Below, one piece after another: positions 1-12,747 of a stretch of DNA of 64,000 nucleotides (positions within the stretch are counted from its first letter, which is position 1; each line of letters opens with the position of its first letter). The DNA is taken from assembly GCA_046563655.1 (NCBI GenBank), contig CM102287.1, positions 9,982,001 through 10,046,000 on the forward strand, read 5' to 3'. A program made the translations under genes and the position numbers. Under the pieces are notes generated by a model, which saw nothing but the letters and a program-made list of their open reading frames with translations, ran no database searches and was not told the DNA's origin. The DNA comes from Yuukianura sp. NJ FZ-2021. Lineage: Eukaryota.

Positions 1-2319
1 TCCTCAAAAACTGAATTAGTTACTCCCTCCAAAATTCCAAACTTGTCTCAAACGTCATGTTCAGTTTTGTCTGAATCAATTTTAAGAATCAGAAGATCTT
101 TTGGAACCAATTTTTCAAATTCTAGAAAAAAAATTTAGAAAAAGTGTGTTTCATCTAAACTTTTTTATCTAAAGTTTTTTTTTTTATCTGAACGTATTGA
201 TTTTTTGTCTGTCGTGTTTCATTTATTGGCGCCGTGAGATCGTCTGGATTTGGCCATTTTCAGTTTCAAAATTCAACTGAGGAAGAAATTCAAGCACCGC
301 GACGGTTCTGCTGTTTTTTTAATTTCGTTTTTTCGAAACACTTTTCAATTTTTTTTTGTTGGAGGCCAAAGTTCTGTTGACGCCGCTTGCATAACTATGA
401 TGTACGACGCTATCTGGCTGCCCATCTTTCACCCTGCGTTTTTTCAACGGTTCTTCCCAGGACACACCGTGGAGAGGCGGAGAGGAGACATTCAAAAGTT
501 GACGCTTAGGAAAATACAGAGAAAAACAACATTGGATCTCTATTTTTAGAACCATCTTCTACTCTACTCTGCTCAATACTCTACCTCTCAAGGCACTTAA
601 CACTCTACAACTACTTTTTACATTTCAAACAACCTTTAAAAACTGTGTTCTAAAGTTTAAAAATTGTTTTAAAGTCTAAAAAAGTCAATTTATAGTGTTA
701 AACTTTCATTGAATAAAAATTAAACAAGAAAAATGAGCACTTTTCTGTAATTTATGCACAGTCACGAAGTTAAATTGCAAATTTGCGACATTCTGCGCGC
801 GCCGAATTAATTTCGCGATTATCTTCACTCAGCTCATGTGTGAAAAAAGCTAATCGTGGTAAACAGAAATTTTGAAAATATTTTGAAAAGGTAAAAAATG
901 TAAAAATGTTGTTTCGAAAACTAGATTTTTTCAGTTTTGGAATTTTGGTATTATAAATCAGGCTGGAGAAAATGAATCTCTTGACAACAACTTTGGCTTT
1001 CTCTTCGTAATTGCTTTCTCTAACCTAAATCATTCCATAACACCCCCGTTCTACTTTCTGTACTAAATTTTAAATTTTGTTTAAAAAAAAATCTCGTTTT
1101 GAATTTATTTTGAAAAGCTAAAATAATGTTTTTTGTAATCTAATAATCCCAGACTTTCTCTTCTCATCTCACGGACTTTCCAATTTCACTTTCTCCGTGT
1201 CCAGCACATCTTGTTTTTCAGTTGAAAAACAGAAGAAAAAAGACACTCATTTTCAAAATTTGTTCTAAACATGACCTTTTTTTAAAAAAATGTTTTGAAA
1301 AGTACCTTTGAAAAATCTCATCATCCAAAAATCCTTGTTTATTTCCTGTCTGTCGCAATAGTCCTCTCCTCTTTTTCAAAATCCCCGCACAAAAGTCTCC
1401 AACTTTTTTTCTTCGTTTTGTCTATTTTTAGTAATTTAATGGCTCCCGAACTTCTCCTTAACTCACCCAAAATTTACTACTTTCCGTTAACTTCCAAAAT
1501 TTGTTTCTCCAGACTCTTAAATCAACTTCCAAGTCACTTTAGGTTTATGTTAGGTTAACATTAGGCTAACGTTAACATTAGTTTTATTACGTTAGGTTTT
1601 TGCTAAAAACTAACGACCCAATATTGTTCTAATTTCCAAACAGGAAAACATCATGTTTTTCTGTTTTTCAAAAATTCCTCAACTTTTATGACTCCTGAAG
1701 TCCATTCGTGTTTTTGAGGCGGTGAATGCGAATGTCTTGTTTTGCAACAAGGGGGGGGGGGGTAAACCAAGGGGGGGGGGCATAGCAAGATGCGAAAGAG
1801 GGGGGGGGGTACTAAAAATTTAGTAGCAATTCCCTAACCTCTGAAGCAGTGAGGCATAGTTGAGGGGCATTAGGAGAAGTAGGAGCATAAAATAAAGTTA
1901 GTACAAGAGAGGAGAGGGACCATGTTCCAGAAGAACTTTAAATGCAAATCTTTTAGCGGGAGATGCGATGATCTTTGACCTCTTTGTTTTAAATTTTTTA
2001 AAAAACGGTTGCAATGGAGCCGCTCTGTCTAAAATTTTTAGAACAACGAGGCTCATTGTGTCTCCGTTGCTAGTTTTTGTGCTGAAGCTTTCCTTTGTCG
2101 GTGACTAATGTTTTGGGCCAGGCGGAGCCAAAAGGAAACTTTTGGCGAAACGTCATTTGTCAATGTTGTCGGTTGTAAAATTTTCACTTTTACTTTTTTG
2201 CAACTTCAAAAATTTTCGAAATTTTAAAACGCGTATTTATGTGAACAAATAGCCAAATCTTGCAGAAGAAGCGGTAGGTCATGGGCGGAAGTGAAAAGAA
2301 TTCCAAAACTCAAAATTTT

Positions 2320-2555
2320 GAGTTTGGCTGTATTTGAAGTTGGGGTCTTTTAAAATGGCTACATTTGAAGTTGGGTTCTTTCGCGTTTGGGTAGATTTGA
2401 AGTTGTTTTCTTTTGCATTTGGCTATAGTTAAGTTGGTTTCTCTCGAATTTGGCTATATTGGAGTTAGTTTCTTTTGAATTTGGCCACATCTGCAGTTGG
2501 TTTCTTTTGGAATTGGCTACATTCGAAGTTGGTTCCTTTTGAAATTGGGCCATTT
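2320..2555. repeat. Degenerate tandem minisatellite, ~33-34 bp unit, ~7 copies
   Basis: Recurring unit like TTTGAAGTTGGTTTCTTTTGAATTTGGCTACAT; produces the repetitive spurious ORF 2359..2553(-). Confidence 0.8.
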
Positions 2556-5500
2556 GGTGTGATAATGTAAATGTTAGGAGTCTCTTGGGACGGAGTCTTA
2601 AGGAAGTTAAGACTGAGATGACAGAGAAGTGGGCTTCTTTTAATTAAGAAACCTTCACTTCCTCCTGCGTTTCTCTCATTATCAAGTTGGACTTAATTGT
2701 GCTTTCACTCCCGCTTTCTCCAAAGTCAGCACTTGACGCACTCTAACTGGATTATGAACAGCCCCACTTACAAATGAATATTTCAATTTACATAACACAG
2801 TGGGGCAAAATCCAGAGTTGGGCAAAACAGACACGGCCACTCCATAAAACAGGTTTTTGAAAACTCCTGGAAATGAGTCAAAATCCATTTTCAAATTCTA
2901 CCACGAGTTCTGTTTCTACTGTTGCCCCTGGGCTTAATTTAATTAAACTCAGCACTCCCGCCACACCCTTCCAATTCTTCAAATTAAAACACATCACCCT
3001 TGTCACGCGTTTTTTAAAAACGAGAATTTCAACTTTTAAAACAACCTTTTCAAAATTTAAAACAAGATTCTCCATCTCCTTTCCAATTCATCTTCTAGCA
3101 AACTCTCAAGTGCCATACGAATATAGAAAATTAAATTTAAATTTATTTGTAAAATAAACACAGTTCTGAGTCCCCACATGTGAGGAGTTTGGGAAGTTGA
3201 AGTGAAAGTAAAATTTTGAATCAATTTTTTTTTGAAACTTTTTTTTTTTGAAATTTTGGAAATCCGTGCTAGACTTGAGCGGAAGTGGGATGGTGAGTAG
3301 TTAAGAACGTGTCGTACAAAGGAGTTGATTATGTTCAAAAAGTGCTTAAGTCTACGAAAAGTCTCAAAATCCAATTGAAGTTTTAAGGTTTCCTGGCACT
3401 GGACCAAAAACATTTCCTGCAAGGTAACAGACTCATTCGTTACACATCACCAACAGACATTCAGTTACTGACTGAATTAGAAGATGAGCCACCAAATCAA
3501 GGTCTTGGTGGGGCTGAGCCACCAAAAACAGACCCACCAAAAACTAAACTTTCAAAGTCAAAGTCATGTCCTTCAAAACCCTTTCAAACTTTTTAGCAAC
3601 TCTAAAAACTAAATTTTAGTTTCCCAAACGCCACTTGGCTTATTTTTTGAATTTGAACAATTCAAAATTTTCGAAATCAAAAGTTGTATCTTGGTGAACG
3701 TAAGTTTAATCCTAGAAATTTTTTTTTCAAAGTGCTGTTCAAACAGTGTTCAAACAGCCCTCATGTCATCTAACTTCCTTTGTTTCGTTGTTTTAGAACA
3801 AAAAACTGTTTTGACGAAAGCGTTAATTACAACACTGAAAGGGACAAACGAAAGAATGCGGGAGGGAATGCTTTGAACCACTTTTTTCAAAAAACGAAAA
3901 CACAACACACTTTTTTTTTTCAAAAAAGGAGAGTTTTGTTCGTTTTTCGAGTTTCTTTGAAAATGAAATCACAAGAAAAAGTGTGTAAATTAAATTTTTT
4001 TTGTTCTTTTTTCGAAAATTGGTCCACAGCTGGGAGTCCTTCTGAATCCCCATTTTGCAAATGGTGGAGGAACTCTCTGGCTCATCTTAAGGGAACGACA
4101 GGGAGCCTTTTCTAAAAAGAAATCCTGTTTTAAAAAGAAGCTGTTTTAAAAAACACGCTGCTTTTTTTAAAAAACGGCTTCTTAAGGGCCCTGCGTAGAC
4201 ACAGAATGTAAATGGGCCATATGCTGCTACTTCTTTCAAAAAAGTAAAACAAGAAACTGCTTCTCTGGTGAACATTTTTTGTAAGTTTGAATTTGATTTA
4301 ATATGGATTTAAAAAGTTTAGTCGAGGCTGCTTAAGTGTTCCTGTCAAAATAAAAGTGTCTGCAGAGAGAACTGCTTGAGACGAAAGAAAAATTAGGAGA
4401 TTAGATCCATTTAGAACACAAAAAACGCTCGGTACTTTTCTAAAAAAAAGGCATTTCTAAAACTATCTCTCACCACGAAATGCTCATCTTCAAAGTACAT
4501 TTTGTAGCAACTAATGACCACTTTTCCACTCCCTCTAACTACTTACAATCAACACTTTTTCAACATTACCAAAAACAGCTTCAATTCGACAAAAAACACG
4601 AAATTTTAAGAATTTTTCATTTTCAGTTGCATTCCTCGGCGACTTTTCAAGGATATCTCAAGTTCTGCTTTGGAAAATCTCAGAGTTTTTTAGAAAATGC
4701 AAATGTTTAATTTTTCTAATTTTTGACTAAAATTATAAAAAAAATTAAAATTTTTTGATACGATTGTGTTTTTGTGTCAACATGAAGTTAGAAAAGCGGG
4801 AGAAAGTGGAGTGAAAGTTTGATCTCACTTAAGTAGGTATGAACAGTGAAGTTGTGAAACTAATTCACGTGTTTCACAACTTCTCTCCAAAAGATCTCCC
4901 AATCAAGTACCCCCCCTTAAGATTTTAAGTACTCCCCCACCCCTTAACTCTTTGGAAAAACATTAGGGGGCCTTTGCTAAGTCTTCAGATGCCCATTATC
5001 GCAACTTACACTCCTCATTTTCATACTTTCCCTTTAACTTTTGAGTTCATGGAGGAGAAAACAGATAGAGTTCCTCAAGTGGTTTAAAGTCCCTCCCCCT
5101 CTATGCTTTCCCTCAATTTATGCCCCCCCCCCCCTAGAAACTAAAGTTCTAATCAAGTCTCAAACTAATTGAACAAACACCTTTTGGCTAAACTTTGAAA
5201 CTTGCACCCCCCACATTTATGAACCCCCCTCCAGTTGAGGGGGGGGAGTTTCTTGGAGATCCCCCCCTTTCGATTAGTGTACTAACGACGCTCAAGTGGA
5301 TCTTTCCTTCTTGAAGTAGAAACTGAAGTATAAATTGTTGGCGGAAGTTGTTTTGAGAAGTTGTTACAACTCTGGAAAAAGTACAAAGATGGAATTCCTA
5401 TTTGAACATGTTCAAAAACATGTTGTAGGCAGAAGAGAGAGTGAAAAAACTTTGTTTACCTCATTTCCGCCCTTCGAGAAAAGAAATAGGAAATTACTTT

Positions 5501-8397
5501 CCAGTGAAATAAGTTGCAACAAAAGTTTCTTCTTTCTTCGGACCAATTCCTAATGCTCCTTTTCACTCCCACGTTCTTCACTTCTGCTTCACTTAACCAG
5601 AAATCAACTCAAGAATTATTATCCACTTCTAATCAATTTCTATTCACTAATGTTCAAAATTACGATACGAAAAAATTACAAAGCAGGAGAACTTGGTTGC
5701 TGAGCAACCCAAATTACAAAACACGATTCCGCTAAATAAGTAATCTCTTACTTTTTAAAAAGAAATACAAATTCCTCAACAGCAAAAGTGTCAACTCTCT
5801 TTGCCTAAACACAGGTTTTCAAAAAAAAAGTAAAAACTTACAAAACTTTTTTTTATAACTTATAATAACTTTTTAATAACTTTTTTTTTCCTATAACTTT
5901 CAAGTAAATTCAAAAAAATTTCTAGAGCTTAAAGCTCCAAATCAATTTCACAAATATCAAAACCGTCAACAACAAAACGTTCAACGCCATTTGTTTCCCA
6001 TTTTTTACAGTAACAGTTCTCAACTTGATGGTTTTTAAGATTCCAGAGTTCGAAAAGGTTATAGATGCAAAAGTCGCAAAAATGTCAACTGCAATAGTAC
6101 CAACAATATTTTTTTGCAACCTAAAAATAGAACTGAATCTAATAGTTTTTGCTGCTTTTTTTCTTGTTTTTTTTTATTTTGAGGTTTTTGCTGTTGGTAG
6201 TTTTGTGTTGACATTTTTGTTGGCCTGACTGAACTCTGTTGAGTGTCTCCTGGTTGTTATGCACTTGAGACGTGCTCGTGCTTTTGAATGTTGGTCCTTT
6301 GGCCCCTTGTCTGTTGAACATGAAAACAATGGGGCAAAGTGGCTCATAAAATGAAGACGTGGAGAGGACTATGGACTGAACAAAATTTAATAAGGACTCT
6401 CCACTACTACCAGCCATGAATACACAACAAACACAAACTCCCGCCAATTGTTTCAATTTGATTATTTCTCTAACACGCAGAGGTCAGAGGTCACGTAGGC
6501 CCAAAACAAACAGCCCCCAATTCCTAACCAATCCAAAATTCTGCCGCGTAAACTCAAAATTCCTCAAGTTCGGAAGTTAATGAAAGTGAAAGTGGAGCAG
6601 AGAGAGAGTGAAAGTGAGAGGAAGGAATTTAAATGTTGGTCATAAAAATCAACGAGGTGTTCCTTCGAATTGCTTTCACTTCAAACTTATAACATCTCTA
6701 CACTTGGAAAAAGTTGTACACTTCAAAAAGTTTCTCTGTTTCCAGGGAAACTTTCTTTGATTTATTTAATTTAGGATGATGAAACAGACCTCTTCACATG
6801 AATTATAATCTCCACTTTCTCTTTTATTTCGGAACAAATGAAATTGGACTTTCTCAGCATTTGAATTCTCCCGGCCAAGACTCAAACTCACAACAATTCC
6901 TTATTACTCAAACTTCAAACATAAAAAGTCATGTACTTTCATAAACTTTTTTTAGAACATAACCTTCCAAAAAGAAGCTTCAGAGACACACATTCACTTT
7001 TTCTTACCAAATCAGAGAGAAAGCTCTCACATCAAATGAAAACTTTTGTTCGTCTGCTTAATGGAATTGACTTTTAGCAAAGTGACCACTTTCACTTTCA
7101 AATTCCCGCTCAAAACTCAAAACGGCTTATGGCTTATCGGCTCCAAATCCAAAACGACTCACTTTTTCAGACGCAGTTTCGTTGTTTTGGAAAAGATCCA
7201 CTTTTCAAATCCAAAAACTTCAAAAAGTTGACAAATTAGGCTGAGTTTGCAAAAAGATTTTGTTCTGATAAAATGTTTCTTTTTTACTTTTCACTTTCTA
7301 CTGATTACAGCTCAAAAGCACAGAAAAACTGCGTACTATCTATGGTCATGCGCACTATACAACAATAATTGGTCACTTTCACGATAGAATTGGTGAATCA
7401 ATGGAAACTTTCGTAAATTTTTGTACTTTCTGCGCACTATACACTGACAGCAATAAAATTGAGTTAAATGTGGCTCACTTTTCGTCGGAATTCGGAAACG
7501 TCAGATCTAAATTTCTTGTTTTGTTCCACTTTCTAGAGACAAAGCGTAGTAAAATCTTGACTTTAAGTTGTGCTGTTCTAAAATTTTGTTCAAACCAAGT
7601 TTCGTTCTTGTTCTAAAAACTGGTTTGAACAGAGTTTTGGAAGTGGAAGCTGTTCAGATGGGAGGCAGATGTTGAGAAGCGGAAGTGAACGGAAGATGGA
7701 TTTGTGTTCTGGCGGTGCACTCCATTGTCTCCTGTCTCATTGTCACAACAAAACGCACAATTCACACAACCATCCCTCTTTTTCAAAATAGTTTCGGGTT
7801 TTTAAAATTTCAAACAACTTAGCACTTTCTGAATTCCTGGCTTCTGCAATTCCTCAAAATTGTGGAAATTTCAACCAATTTCTCACTGTCTCCCTCGGTA
7901 AAGCGGGTGATGCTTTCCTGGTGGCAGTCGGATGTGAACTGACTCCACTTCTGTTTCTTGTGCCAGGTTCTTCATCTGCTCCACAGCACAGCATAGGCTA
8001 GGTGCCTCCTCTTTCTAACTTCTCTTAACCTAACTTCTTGTTCGTGCAAGATGCGTCTGGCACTGGGGAAAAAAGACAGTCTCAGCATCATTTCCAGGAG
8101 AGCGGATTGAGGAGAGATGCAAAGATCCAATTGCCATGGAGACAAAGGGAGGGAGAGATGACAGTTATGGGCCTCATGTGTCCTTAATCTCGGAAATTAG
8201 TGGGATTTAAGACACTCTCTCTCCCTCACCTCCAATTACACTCCACTAACCTAATGGAAACCAAACATAACCTAATCACACTAACCTAATGCATTCCAAA
8301 CATAACCTAATCACACTAACCTAATCCGCGCTCAACGCAACACTACCAGAATTACACCACAAAAAGGAGAAACCAACAAATTTTGGTCCAAATAACA

Positions 8398-8650
8398 GGC
8401 AGTTTCTGTATAGCACGCAGCGACTTTAATGTTTTGTTAGACTAATCGTACCATAAGCGAAGAACAAGAGACTAGAATTGTACTTCCATTGTATAATACG
8501 CACTGTCTGTATAGTTCGCAGTACTAAGTTGACGTTTTGAGAGGCTATGCTAATCCTGACATAAGCAAAGAAAGAAACTAAAACTGTACTTCAAACGTAT
8601 AATGCGCAGTTCTATATAATGCGCAGTGATAAACTTAACATTTGAGAGGG
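8398..8650. repeat. Degenerate tandem repeat, ~105 bp unit, ~2.5 copies
   Basis: Repeated blocks CTGTATAG..CGCAG..TTTGAGAGG..CATAAGC..CTAxAAxTGTACTTC..GTATAATxCGCA. Confidence 0.55.
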
Positions 8651-9770
8651 CGAGATGCAGTGGGTTTTGTATGATTGGAAAATTGAAAGACGAGATGAGC
8701 TGCGTGTTATAGCCTGGAGGTGAAATTTCGTTTTTAGTTGTTCACTGTACTACTGTAATGGAGGGAAAGTGGAGAAAGTGGTTTCAAAAAAGCCCGTCTT
8801 TTTTTGAAAAGTTCCAATTTTCAAATCCTGTTTTGAGAAAGTAGAGAGAGAAAGTCTCAAATTCAGGATATGATAAGCTTCGCTCTAAATTTTTATTGAG
8901 ATGAATATGTATTGCGTCCTTTAACTTTTACGAATCCAACAGAAATCCTTCCAGCACAACTTTCTCTTTACACAAAAATACTCAAGGAAAAGAAAAAAAA
9001 ATGGAATGCTTTTTTTCAACTCAAAATTCTTGGAAGAGCTTAAGAAATTTTGGGCGCGTAGTTTCAAAAAAATCGGAGCGGAAATAAAAGGTCAGCAGAT
9101 TCAAAGGTCCATAAAACCCGGGTTTTTAGGCGTCTTCTTTTCGGGGCGCACTTGACGATTTACACCACCCACACAAAAAGTCTTTCAACATTTCAATAAA
9201 TACTCAACTTTTTGGAAAAAAAGGGTAATTTTGAAGAAAGAAAAGTTGTTAGGCTACTTTGGAAACTTTTCTTCAAATTTTGAAATTGAGATATCGAAAT
9301 TATGAAACGTTGGTTAATAATTGAAAAGCAATTAGGCGTCAAGTTTAGGAGAAAATTTGAAAATGTTGTACGAAGCAAAAAGTTTCCAAGCTGTGACATT
9401 TTCTGGAGAGAGTCAACTGTTGTTTCCAACTGCTGCTTTTAATGGAGGAACAAAGTTTTGATTTCTTGAAAATTTTAGAATAAAGTTTCTTATTTGAACA
9501 AGAACAAGCGAAAGTGGAAGGTTCACAACGAATAAATGTTCTTTCTTGGAAAGTTTCCAAAATTTTGAGCTTTTTTGTTCCTCAAGGCCAGTTCTTGTGA
9601 AATTGGAAACTCATTTAGACCAAATTAACCCGCACAAAAGAAAACACAACTTTCTCCATTCTACAAAACAACTTTCACTCGCTCAAATTGAAACACTTTC
9701 TAAAACTCTACACAACTAAAGCTACACAATGCATAACCCTTGCACAATTAGCCTCTACTCCATGCAATTC

Positions 9771-9903
9771 GGTCAAAAACAATTTGATCAAAAGTGAAAA
9801 GGTCAAAAAAAAAAAAAACATAAAGAAAAACTCACATACTATTTCTAACGGTTGAATTTTTTACGTTTTGACCATTTCGCTTTTTGATCAAATTATTTTG
9901 ACC
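9771..9903. repeat. Imperfect inverted repeat (MITE-like remnant)
   Basis: GGTCAAAAACAATTTGATCAAAAGTGAAAAGGTCAAAA faces TTTTGACCATTTCGCTTTTTGATCAAATTATTTTGACC. Confidence 0.5.
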
Positions 9904-11422
9904 ATTTCACCTGCTACGGTCACTATTCCATGATTTTCACTAAAAATTGCGACATGATGATCCTGTATACAAAGAATGCAGTTGACTGAGTTTTCCTGAG
10001 AGTTTTACACTTTTTTTTCAAAATTTTTCACTTTTTTTTTTTTTTTTCAAAATTTTGAAAATTTGGTGACAGTTGACGTATGGCCATGGACTTTGTTCTG
10101 GACTTGAGAAATGACTATTATTCTACACAAGTCAGTTCAGAATCCCTTAACTTCTCTTCCAAGTCCAATAGGAGACAAAGATGAAAAATGGAAGTGAAGG
10201 GAGGGAATTGAAGGGAAAATTGCATTTTAGCTCCCATTATTCACTCCTTCTACACAACTCATCTTCTCACAAGAGATCAAAAATATACTTTTCAAAATTT
10301 CAAAGAAAGAGATTTTTTCATTCTTCACAGAAGGAACTACTGACGTCTTCCTCTCAGTTGAGCTGACGTGGAGGTGAAGGAAGAAAGACTTTATTAAAAA
10401 AAACCGGAACACACGCCTGTTTTTTTCCAAAAAGGTGCGAAAAAGTGCTGAATCCTACTCAAATCCATTTTGCATCTTCAATTTATCTTCATTTTTTAAA
10501 AAAGTAACAAAAGATTTTCAAAATTTTGAGAAATTCTGTTTAGAGATTATTCTTTTTCATGTCGAATTGTTGGGCCTCTGTCCAGAAATGTTTGCCAAAA
10601 TGTTAAATTTTTGATTTCTTTTGAAACGTTGATGTTTTTATCAGATCTTGAATAACTTTCTTTGTGGGTGTTTCGGTGTTTTTTTCTTAGTGTTTCGGTG
10701 TTTTTTGAGTGTTTTTTGGTTATTGACTGCCATTGGAATGCTGGAGCATGGAGTGGATTGGATCCATATTTGGTCGTTTCCAGTTCCCTTAGAAATGATC
10801 TCATTTTGGGAAAAGAGTGGTGGGGCGGGGTGGGTTGGTGGGTTTGTGAGCCACGTTGGAGCCACCAGGAGACAGAAGATGTGGTTTGTGGAGAAGTGAA
10901 AGTGTTTCTTCCAATCCCACGCTCCTCTGGTTTGGGATTAGGATTATATTGGGTTGTTCTGAATTTGGATTTTGATTTAAAAGGACTTTCTCCCTAGTAA
11001 GCTGTCTCCTTCAATGCTAAAATTCCATTAGGACCTCATAACCTCCACTCTCTCTTCCGAAAACCAATTGAATCAAAATCAAATCACACCTCTACAATTT
11101 ACATCCACCCCAACCCTAACCTTACACTTTCAACTTAACTTAAAACTAACCTAACATTTCTGCTCAACTAGAATCAAAATTAGCCTAACGCAAACACAAA
11201 TTTCGAAATTTCACTACACGCAAAGAATTAGATTTTTGCCTGTATTTGGTAATATTTTGAGGTCATTTTGAAAATTAGACACTTTTTTCGGTGCAATTTT
11301 TGAATTTTTTTTTGTAGTTTTCGTGACATCTTTTGGGCAAAATTTTGTAAATTACGACATTTTTGTTGCAGTTTTTCAAATTTTGGTAAACTTTCTTAGT
11401 GTTTGAGTTGGGGTAAGGTTTA

Positions 11423-11568
11423 GCGACTGTCATTGTAGCCACACAGTGTTGCCACCCATTGCAGCCACCAACAATGGCAAAGTGGCTACAATGACAGTCG
11501 CCACTTTGTAGCCATTTTGTCGTTGTTGGTGGCTGCAATGGGTGGCAACACTGTGTGGCTACAATGAC
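11423..11568. repeat. Near-perfect palindrome, 63-bp arms with 14-nt loop
   Basis: Arm 11429-11491 is the reverse complement of 11506-11568 with 3 mismatches; a nested perfect 20-bp inverted pair lies at 11423-11442 / 11482-11501. Confidence 0.9.
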
Positions 11569-12747
11569 TTAGGCTAATCCGGAGTTTGTTAGATTGTGTT
11601 TGTGAAATGTGAGGAGAGTTTTATGTTGAAGTGAATTAGTGTGGGATGTTGGTGGGGATAATTACAGGTAAACGTTGTATTGTGTTGGAGATCATAAATT
11701 AATTGAGGCTGAGATAAGATGTTCGTGATCTGGAGATCGTTGGTTGTTCAAACACAAAGGAGCGGGAAGATTCAAAGCCTTTTGAAAGCCACAGACACTC
11801 CCTCCAGTCCTCTCTAAGGAATGTTTCCAACATTCCTGTCACTTCCAGATCACTATCACCATCCACCTTCCATTCTTCAAATGAAACCGCGTTGGCATTC
11901 ATATTTTGTGAAAAAGGGGTGCATGACTCTAAATTTACTTCGATTTGTAAAGTAATTTTTGGAAGTGTCATGATCACTTTCATGTCACTCTCCTTATAAG
12001 CATCATTTTTTGTGAAGGTAACGAACTTTCAAAATTTCAAAAATATTGATGAAATGTAAAAATTCAAAATCCAAGTGCCAAAATTAATTATAATTTTTAA
12101 AATTGAAATTTTAAATGAGGATAATCAAATGTACACGAGCTCTCCCATGCAACTGTGTCAAAAGTAGATTTTTTCCTGGTTAAAGTTTTTAAACATTTGA
12201 ATCGGCGTCCAACTTTTCAAAAATTTTGAAAATTAATTTTTGTGATTTAGTGCCACAACCACAAGTTGTTTCTTCCTTTCTTTTTGGAGTTAAACAAAAT
12301 CTTTGGGGTTTTGAAAATGTTGAATTTTTAATTTACGACCAGCGAAGATTGAGCGACTGTTGGAAATTGATAGAGTTAGAGTTCCAATAAGGTCCGGAGG
12401 AACAGATTTGGAAAAAGTACAGTCGAAGGGCCATGTGAAGATGACGAATGGGCCTTAAGGGCTCCTTTTGTCACTTCCGATTGAAGGGACGCTGGTTCTG
12501 GACGGGTCCTGGAGGGACACATACGATACAAACTCATGATCAATCATCTTCTGATGCCCAATCTCACAAAAACATCAAACTTCATTTGTAATTCAAATTC
12601 AAAAGTCAAGTGCAAGGAATCCGAAACATCCCAAACTCAAATCATCCATAAACTTTTATAAATACAAATTATTATGTAAGTATATAAATTATTTATTATA
12701 AAAACGTTGTACTTTTTTCAATTTGTTATTTTCTGTTGACCTTTGAC

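Noticed and set aside
1751..1809. Poly-G runs as a functional G-quadruplex
   Set aside because: Homopolymer G/C tracts recur across the window (e.g. ~5125, ~5240, ~41060) and nothing ties this one to a function.
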